Shown here: piece after piece, positions 54,850 to 64,000 of the stretch
Layout: each line of letters opens with the position of its first letter
How positions within the stretch are numbered: position 1 is the first letter of the stretch
NCBI GenBank assembly: GCA_964016885.1
Contig: OZ024741.1
Span: 303,676,001 to 303,740,000 of the forward strand
Source of the DNA: Eledone cirrhosa
Taxonomy: Eukaryota
Length of the DNA stretch: 64,000 bases
Direction of reading: 5' to 3'
Translations under genes and position numbers: made by a program
Notes under the pieces: generated by a model
Told to the model about the DNA's origin: nothing
The model's database searches: none
What the model saw: only the letters and a program-made list of their open reading frames with translations

Positions 54850-55760
54850 TTTGTTGATTAATAGTTAATCTAAACAACCCCATACTTCCTTCTTTTTCCA
54901 ACATCCTCATTATTCTGTAAAAACAACGATGGAGACTTCGAGCGTTGTTGGTGACCGTATCACCTCCCTACGCACTACTATCAAGGTGGAGTTGGCCAAG
55001 GTATAAGTGATCCTCGCAAGTTGGGATAATTATTTCAACGCGTTTCTCTCATTATCCTCCGAAGTAACGCTTTCCACATTCTGACCGTTGGGACCATGAG
55101 GTGGCTTGCATCTTGGGTTCTGCATGCCAGAGAGCGTTCTCACACGATCCGGACACATATCATTGGGGTAGTGATGGATAGGTTATTGATTGCTGTCAGT
55201 CCCAGAGGTATGCTATCTTGAACGACAGCAAAGAAAATATATAAGGACCGCGAGTAAACCCACTTATGAAAGCATTCAAAGCTAAAGCTTTCAAAACAAT
55301 CGTTAAAAGTTATGTTAAACCCAAGAACAAGAACAGATTGAGGCACTAAGTATATATCCTATATATGATGTTCTGACAGAGTGTAGGGCGGACATTTTAG
55401 CTTGGGTGGTTTGGATAATGTTTTAGAATGAGTGGCAACCATTTTGGTTCATCTAACGTATTCCAAATGGTCTTTATTGCCTTGTTATCAAATATTGTCG
55501 AGAAACTGTGAGATTCTCGTTACAATATGTTTTATATCTACGTCTGGGGATTTACTCTTTGTCATTTTCTTTGGAAATATCTCCAGTATTATGCCATTAA
55601 TTTCATGTTGTTTATACTTGACATGCTTACGGTAACTCACTTCCTGTTCATTCATCCATGCTTGTTGAACATACTACAATTTCCTTCCCATATGAACTTC
55701 CAATAGATTTCAATTTGTTTTTCTGTTAGGGTGACTTTATCAGTGAATGTGTTGTTTACA
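54850..55760 (-). pseudogene. Highly degraded R4/Dong-like RT fragment
   Basis: Broken frames give IEIYWKFIWE...AWMNEQE...KSPDVD and GCLD*LLINKII (compare GCKDQLLINK). TAA-rich tract at ~55825. Confidence 0.5.
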
Positions 55761-56159
55761 TTGAAGCTCCGATAGACTGATTTAAAATCTGGCTGTTCCA
55801 GCGCGTCTCCCTCGTCGTCATAAAATAATATTAATAATAATAAATAGGTAAATAAATAAAAGAAAAAATGGCCACCACTGCAATGAATTTGGTCATTGGA
55901 TTACTCGATTGACCATAGATTAACCAATAACAACAACAACTGTAAGAAGAAAAGAAGAAATATTGAAGTAAAGAGAAATAGTAAATAGAATAGTAAATAG
56001 AAAACAGAAAGACATAAAAATATGAAGGAATTCATTCTCCCTTCATGTCGTCTTTAGTCTCGGAGATCCAGCCCCGGATCATTTGGAGACGTTCGCATCC
56101 GATAGTAGCCTCTGAAAGGCTTGTTGGAGGACTTTGCCTCTACGACCCTCTCATGAATA

Positions 56160-56263
56160 AAGAAGAAGAAGAAGAAGAAGAAGAAGAAGAAGAAGAAGAA
56201 GAAGAAGAAGAAGAAGAAGAAGAAGAAGAAGAAGAAGAAGAAGAAGAAGAAGAAGAAGAAGAA
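56160..56263. repeat. (GAA)n microsatellite
   Basis: Pure trinucleotide run. Confidence 0.95.
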
Positions 56264-56909
56264 AGCACTCTGATTTTCTCTTTCCGTTTCTCTTTTCCCC
56301 TCTCTCTCGAAAAAAAAAGTTTAAAGAACGAAAGAACGAAAGAAATTCTATGAAAGGACAAACAAAAGAATGCAAACGAGAAAGACAAACAGATAAAGAA
56401 AGATTGAAGGTGACTTATGAATGAAATGCTAATAAAAACAGTTACTTAACGTGATGATTTAATGAGATCAAACAGCAACGAAGAGAACACAAAAAGAACA
56501 GCAACAACAACAATAACAACAGCAACAGCAACAAGAGTAAAACCAACAATAAAACATTAAAACAACAAGACATTGCAGAAAAGAAAGACAGGGGAAAAGA
56601 CAATTAAAAAGAATAAAAGACTAACATAAAATAACATGCAGCGACTACGTAACGCCATGACATTGTAAAGCCATAGACACAATCAATCCACGTGATTAAA
56701 ATGGCGGAAACGCCGCTTATTACGGCTAACTGGCTTGCTGAAACACTCACAACTTTGGTAATGAGAGCGGATAAACTGAGGTGGGGATTTTTGTTTTTGT
56801 TTTTTTCCGTTTTTTCATTGTTACCTGCCGTGGTCTTGTAAAGCCAAACTTATGAAGAATCGGTGACTGGGGTAGTATAAGATTGTTTAAGTGGTGCAAT
56901 AAGAGCAGT

Positions 56910-57545
56910 GATGTTGTTGTTGTTATTGTTGTTATTGTTGTTGTTGTTGTTGTTGCTGCTGCCGGTGCTGGTGCTGCCGTTGTCGCTGTTGATGTTAAGG
57001 TTGTTGTTGTTGTTAGTAGTAGTTGCGGCGGTTTTACTGTTGTTGCTGCAGTTGCTGCTGTTGTAGTTGTTGTTGGTGTTGTGGTTGTTGTTGATGGTGG
57101 ATGTAGTGGTTTTGCTGTTGTTGCTGCTGCTGCTACTGCTGCTGCTGTTGTTGTTGTTGTTGGTGTTGTGATTGTTGTTGATGGTGGATATAGTGGTTAT
57201 GCTGTTGTTGTTGCTGCTGCTGCTGCTACTACTGCAGCTATTGTCGTTGTTGGTGTAGGTGTTGGTGTTGTGGTTGTTGTTGGTGGTGGATGGTTAGACT
57301 GGTTTTGCTGTAGTTGTTGTTGCTGTTGCTACTGCTGCTGCTACTACTGCAGCTATTGTCGTTGTTGGTGTTGGTGTTGTGGTTGTTGTTGGTGGTGGAT
57401 GGTTAGACTGGTTTTGCTGTAGTTCTTGTTGCTGTTGCTACTCGTGTTGCTGCTTTTGGTGGTGTCTGTGGTGGTTGTTGTTACTGTTGTTGTTGCTCAT
57501 GACAGTGTTGTTATTGTTGATGTTGCTGTTGTTGTTGCTGTTTGT
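56910..57545. repeat. GTT/GCT/GGT low-complexity minisatellite
   Basis: Degenerate triplet repeats with internal block duplication (TGGTGGATGGTTAGACTGGTTTTGCTGTAG occurs twice). Confidence 0.8.
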
Positions 57546-58799
57546 GGTGTTTAGCCCCATCTCAGCCTTGATCAAGTAGATCTATGAAAGAATCCATTCC
57601 AGACGTGACCATTCCGTATTCATTCTTTCTTTTTTATTTTTTTTTGTATTTCTAGAACTAGAACTATATCGTTTTCAATGTATTCTTTCTTTGTTTTCAG
57701 AAGTTATAGTCTCATGTGACGGTATTTCTAAAAGTAGATGTACGTGCTCCTTTGGTATTTCTTTGTAAAGAGTTGGTCAGACTATAGTGATGTCGTGTAA
57801 AATGGTTGAAAGCAAGAGTGTGTAGTCATAACATGAAGGTCGATATTCATTTTATGCATTTAGCACGCCATTGTTTATAAACATATACGAAGGTCAAAGT
57901 GTGTGTGGAATTGTAACCTATATTAGTAAATCCCCTGAGAAAGGGGTTATTAAATATCATTACCTCTATTCATCAAAATTGCTACAAGAAAATCAAAAGC
58001 CGCCCAATACTCCATAGGTAGTAAAAGGATCTAAAGAAGAAAAAGAATGCTTTACAACGATAAGTTGTTGTCTGGCGCCCAAGTCAACAGTGTTTCACCA
58101 ACCCTATGATCAAAATCAATGTAGCCATGACCTTTTCAGATATACTAAGACTTAGAAACTTCCACGTCTTGAGACTCATAAGGCAGTCAGAGGAATTCAG
58201 CGTTTCCTTATCCCTAGCCAGGGGGAGGTACATCCTTCCATTCCTTGTTGGCCAGCCGTAGATCTTGCGCAATATTCTGATGCCAAATCATCTTAGGTCT
58301 TCAACCGCTTTCTTTTGCCTCCTGCAACAAAGCACAAAGTTTGGTTGGCTGGTTTGTTTGAACCAGTCTTGAAAGGAGTCCAAGCCAGCTGAGGCGCATT
58401 TTGCAGACTTTTGACGATACTGGATGCTGAAATGTTCGTTCCCTGCTTTTGTTTTGTTTTCGTTTTGGTTTTTTGTTTTGCTTTTTGTTTTTGTTTTTTG
58501 TAATAAAGTCGTTCCATTTGACACCGAGGGTTTTGGAGTAAAAAAAACATCAAGCTTTTTCTCTTGGCTGCCTTTGAATCGCCACATCTTACAACTATAC
58601 GGAGGAGTATAGATCAGGCATGTCAAAGTGAGGGCCCCCTGAGGGTCACATGGGTCACATGTGTTGTCTGAGGGCCACACACGGCAACTAATTACGCACA
58701 TTACAATTAATTTTACGAAGATAAAGCATGCTAGCGGTATAAAAATCTTTATGTAAAAAATGAATTGATCTTTCAAGGTAGGTGAACTTCTCTACATTG

Positions 58800-59640
58800 T
58801 CAATTCAGTTATAATTACCTATGACCATGCTCTCAGTTTTCTTTGCACTGATTTTGAGGCTAAGGCCATTGGCAAGGTTGTTGCTAGCATTAACGAGTTC
58901 TTGTAGATCTTCATGTTGTCAGCTAATGCGTCAATACCATCTGCAAAATCTATGTCGGTCAACTGGGTACCATTGACCCAGGAAATACCCTTACCTAATG
59001 TTGCCAACTTCAATACCCTGTTAAAAGTCATTGCAGGAGGTGGGGGAAGAATACATCCCTGCCTTGTTCTTGTAAGGACACTGACCCATCCAATGACCCC
59101 ATATTCCGTGCCCACACAACATTTGGTGTTTTGTTATATTTTGGAAATGGCATCAAATAACTTCACTGGTATTCCATATGAGCGAAGGACTTTGCTGTCA
59201 AACGCTTTACTAAAGTCGATAAAGTTGGCAGTTAAGGGACTTGGTATTGTTAGCATTTCTCTCTGACACAACAAAGGGAAAACATTTGCTCAGCACATGA
59301 TTTTTTTTTGGTCTGAATCCAGCCTGTTGTTCACGCAACCGGTAATCAACCGTGTTTCGCAAGCAATTCACTGTCATCCGATAGTACACCTTCACAGGTA
59401 CTGAAGGGAGAGTTACTCTACGCCAATTATTACAACCAGATAAATTCTTCTTCGCTATGCACAAAAATAGTGCTATTCTTCCAATCCTCAGGAACCTCTC
59501 GTATCTCCCACACCTGGTTGTAGAAGTCATGCGAATTCATCGGTAGTATTTCCTCTAGTTTTGAATAATTCTACCCTGAACCTATCCATACCAGGAGATT
59601 TGTTGTTCTTTAATTGTGAGATCACTTTTCTTACGTTTTA
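58800..59640 (-). pseudogene. Degraded RTE-type RT fragment
   Basis: NNKSPGMD, CNNWRRVTL, LREQQAGFR, FIDFSKAFDS, RQGCIL and DIDFADG in broken frames. Confidence 0.8.
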
Positions 59641-60869
59641 AGTGTAGACAAGCCTATATCGCATTAAGCAATATATACCACCGTGCTTCAAATTTAGGAA
59701 AGATTTGTGCTATTTGATATCGATTCCTTGTATTCTGAGCTCAAAGCCTATCAAGGTTAACTTTGTCTTTCATTTTTCGAGGGTTTATATATAAAATGCC
59801 CAATCTACGGTGGTGTAAGTGTGGAATGATTAAAGGGCTAGATAGGATGTCTAGTGGTATTTGTTGTTACCCTTTGTGTTCTCTCAGTCAGTAAGTGGCA
59901 GAAGGGTGTGCACTAAGCTGGTTCATATGAGCAAATGTCAACAACAGAAGAAGGCTTGGAAGCTAACAATTAAAGCGTGTTGGTATATTTTTATCGTTTA
60001 CTTCAGGAAGAAAGGTAGTGTTCATGATACTTTTCAGAACCTCAGTGTCAAGTGGATATGAGGAAACAAGATATCCTTAAACCGGAAACCTTGCCCGAAT
60101 ACTTGCAACAAAGTAAGCTCCTCTAAAGATACTGAAGGGCTATGTGATGTTGTTAAGCTGAACATCCGATTAAGAGTATCATCCAAGTAGACCATGACAG
60201 GATTTACAGCTGTAACAGATATGGCCAGATACCTTCGCATACAACGCTCTGACAATATCGTTAGCCAACTGTCCAAGTTTGGTGGTTATTTGTCAAGACT
60301 TGGATCAGTTAGAGCTGTAGGAGATCTCTCCTGTGCTTGATTCTTATCTAAAAAAAAAAAAAAACCCCAAAAGCAGTTTCTATCTTGAAATTACAAGGAT
60401 AGTCTCGGTTGATTGCAGTGTTTACCTACCTGGCATACTCAGACAGCTAGGATCTGACTAGCAGAAAAACCACCCTTCGGGTGGTTTTCTGCTAACATGT
60501 GTAGTGTGTATATTGATATTATACACAAGTATATATACATGTAGATATGATACATCAAATAAAATCGTAACTGACAATATAAACAGAAATTGAACGAAGA
60601 CGTTGTTACACTGTCTTATGTAATCAGTAACGTAATCCATGATACATTAAAAAAAGGCGATATTATATATAAAATTAGAAAATTATTATGTTTATTTAAG
60701 TGATCGCGATTCTCTCTTTCTATATATGGTAGTTGAAGTTGGTGGTGGTGGTGGTGGCAACGATATACCGGAAGTGCAACTTTCAAAAGAAGTCAATTTT
60801 AAATTATTTATTTTTACGAAATTATTTTTGTTTACGAAATTTAGTAGATGTAATATTCATTCATTATCT

Positions 60870-61146
60870 GTGGATTGGGGTCGATAAAATAAAGTACCAG
60901 TAATGCACTGGGTAATTGCTGGCCTTGTGCCTAAAGTAGAAACAATTATTTGTGGATTGGCAGTATCGGTAGAGGGTCGGACGCCATGCTTTCCAGCAAT
61001 TCACCAGTGTATTACTGGTACTTTATTTTATCGACCCCGTAAGGATGAAAGGCAAAGTTAACCTCGGCGGGATTTGAACTCAGATCATAAAGGGACGTAA
61101 CTCTATGCTTCAAAGCATGGTGTCCGACTCTCTACCGATACTGCCT
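60870..61146. mobile_element. Cluster of rearranged SINE pieces in both orientations
   Basis: 3' half (+) at 60877-60948, 5' piece (+) at 60957-60998, near-complete copy (-) at 61003-61146. Confidence 0.75.
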
Positions 61147-61207
61147 GTATATAATGTAAAATGATATTGGAAGGCCCCATAAATATATACATATGTGTGT
61201 GCACATG

Positions 61208-61284
<77 letters not shown>

Positions 61285-61899
61285 CGGCGATGAATTAGTT
61301 TAGCGAGGTTTTTTATATGAAATCGTGTGTCGAAACAAATATTGTTATACTTGGGGAGGGTCATATTTGTGTAATATTGCCAGAATTAATAACAGAACAC
61401 ACTCACTGTTTGGTTGGTTTTCGCTTCTCGCTGTCTTTTATATCTGCGATCTAACTTAATCGGTCCTCAATGTTGCCATTGACTGACCGACGGTCAAAAA
61501 TAATACAGATACAATATAGACACAAACACATATATATAGTTTACATAATTTACATAAATCTTTCGTTGCACATCTGCAACATCGTCAGTGGTGTTATATT
61601 TTTTCCTCCTGTTGTGTTGTATGTCTACGCCATTTTTTATTCAGTCTGTCTATATATTTATTTATTTATTTGCTTGTTTGTTTATTTTATTTTGTCTTCT
61701 TTGCGCATGCGTTTGCGTGTGTGTACAGTGTTGTGTGTGCTGTGTGACTAGTGTGTATAGTGTTGTGTCTGCTGGGTGACTAGTGTGTGTTTATGTGCTT
61801 GTTGTTATTGTGCTTGTGTATGTATTTATTTATCTTATTTTATTTTATTTTATTTATTTACTTATTTATACTTCTCTTAGGTCAGTGTTGTTTGTTTGG

Positions 61900-62490
61900 G
61901 TGTTGTTGTTGTTCCACTCATTCTTTCTGTTTAGCTTTGGTCTTCTAATTTCTATTTCACTGGCCTCTCTGATTTGCCTATCTGCTGGGTCATTCCTATG
62001 TTTAGATATTATTCTAATTTCTATGTTGTCTATGTTACCGTCATGTTGTTGTCTAGCGTGTTCGTATAGTACTGGCCCGTTTTTTCGTCCTTTTAGTTCC
62101 CCCAGTGTTGGTCTATCCTTTCACCTATGCTACGAGCTGTCTCACCTATGTATGTTGTTGTCATGTTTCTGCAAGTACCCTCTGTACATCTTATGCTATA
62201 GACTACGTTTCTAGTTTTACAGTTTATCCGGGGGTTCACCTTACATATGATACATTTCCTATTGGTACAGTGGGTTTTCTTAAAAGGGTAGGTTTTGCTG
62301 ATCAGGGATTTTATGGTGGTTCCTGGCTTTTCTACCACCTTTATTTTTAAGTGGGTCTTTCTCAGGGCCTTTCTACACTGGTTAGCTAATTTCCCTCCAG
62401 GGGTGGCGTCCACAAACATGACACTCTGATATCTCTGGTTGTCGTACCATGATGTGGCCTTCCCTATCTTATGTCTAGCCCTATCTAAGC
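61900..62490 (-). pseudogene. Penelope-like element fragment (Cys-rich linker plus GIY-YIG), frameshifted
   Basis: FVDATPGGKL...CTNRKCIIC...CKTRNVVYSIRC...YIGETARSIGERIDQH, continuing in another frame as LYEHARQQH...RQIREASEIEIRRPKLNRKNEWN. Confidence 0.85.
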
Positions 62491-63065
62491 TATTCTGTTT
62501 CGATCTACTCTCCTACAACCACTATCTCTTTCTCTCTTTCTCTCTATATATTTATGAAGGTACCCGGAAAAAACCCTGTATCTCGGGAACCCGTGTTCCG
62601 ATATATTCGAAGCTTGTTTTATTTCATTTGTTTCCCATTTCAGGGACAACTTCCTTTCAAAGTACTTTACCATTATGCACCGTTTTGGCTGTATTAAATA
62701 ACTGGCAAACACACAATCACAGAGTTTTAGTAGTATATAGATAAGTCTTATGAATTATCGAAGCGCATAAAGGTTTTTAAATAGGAAAATGTGACAGTCT
62801 CAAAGGCAGAATTTAACTTTAATAACAGTCGATCACTGTCGAAAATAATTGTGACGGAAAAAGGGAGCAGAGGTACATACGAGGAATCGAACCCTGTGTC
62901 TCCCAAATAGCGTGTGAGTGTGTTACCCTTATGTATTTGAAAGATACGAGATTCGATTCCTCAAAGTTGCCTCTATCAACTTTTTCCCTATTTCTTGAGA
63001 TAATTTACTAGATATTCTCAACTATTATATAGTGACCGACTCTCACGACTTATTTCTTCATTTGG

Positions 63066-63107
<42 letters not shown>

Positions 63108-63199
63108 TTCTCTCTCTCTCTCTCTCTCCCCCTCTCTCTCTCTCTCTCTCTCTCTCGCTTTCTCTCTCTCTCACACACACACATATATATATATATGTA

Positions 63200-63246
<47 letters not shown>

Positions 63247-63267
63247 CTGTGTGTATCTGTGTGTGTT

Positions 63268-63301
<34 letters not shown>

Positions 63302-63360
63302 AGTTTAAAAGATATATAGAGAGAGGAGAAATGAGAAAGAGCATGTTGTACATATATATA

Positions 63361-63520
63361 AGTTTCTACTTTTGGCACAAGGCCAGCGATTACCCCAGTG
63401 CATTACTGGTACTATATTTTATCGGCCCCGTAAGGTTGAAAGGCAAAGTTAACCTTGGCGGATTTGAACTCAGAACGCAAAGGGCCATAACTCTATGCTG
63501 CAAAGCATGGTGTCTGGCGA
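63361..63520 (-). mobile_element. tRNA-like SINE (GTCGATAAAATAAA family)
   Basis: Close match to 21120-21280. Confidence 0.8.
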
Positions 63521-63644
63521 CCCAAAAATAAGTAAGAAAATATACATATTTTAAGGTGGTACTATATATACATACATACATTCATACATACACACATGCA
63601 CACATACATTCATACGTTCACACATGCATACATAGGTGTGCAGT

Positions 63645-63718
<74 letters not shown>

Positions 63719-64000
63719 TGTGTGTCTGTGTGTGTGTGTCTGTGTGTGTCTGTGTCTGACTTCGCACCTCTACTCGATAGTATCATTGTTCTCATTTGGT
63801 TTTAAAAAAAGTTTTTATGCATTACAAAACCATACATACATACATACATACATACATACATACATACATACATACATACATACATACATGCATGCATAAT
63901 ACATCATACATAAATGCATACATACATAAATGCATACATAAATGCATAGATAGGCATATTCTTATACTTTTGTATGTGTGTATACCTGTACGATCTCTCT

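Overview
Repeat-saturated eukaryotic (animal) DNA with no recognisable host gene. The tRNA-SINE family (GGGGTCGATAAAATAAAGTACCAG) resembles octopus SINEs, so a cephalopod source is an inference. Bases 1-17360 are a C/A-rich 41/44-bp minisatellite with ~2.3-2.7 kb higher-order repeats. Bases 22.1-36.2 kb are five head-to-tail Tx1-clade non-LTR retrotransposons, each bounded by (GATA)n. One is full length (ORF1 with CCHC knuckle, ORF2 with APE, RT and Zn motif). A sister Tx1 sits in (ATT)n at 48.8-49.4 kb. There are also relics of Penelope-like (GIY-YIG), R4/Dong-like, RTE and CRE elements, plus SINEs. The most notable non-coding signal is a young 467-bp tandem array (49.4-52.5 kb) with a minimal type I hammerhead ribozyme and an octamer motif in every unit. 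A diverged 423-bp homologue (36.5-37.1 kb) keeps the catalytic core and octamer and has compensatory stem changes. Together they look like a retrozyme/circRNA-type satellite family, next to Penelope-like elements that carry their own hammerheads. All structures and coordinates were read by eye and may be off by a few bases.
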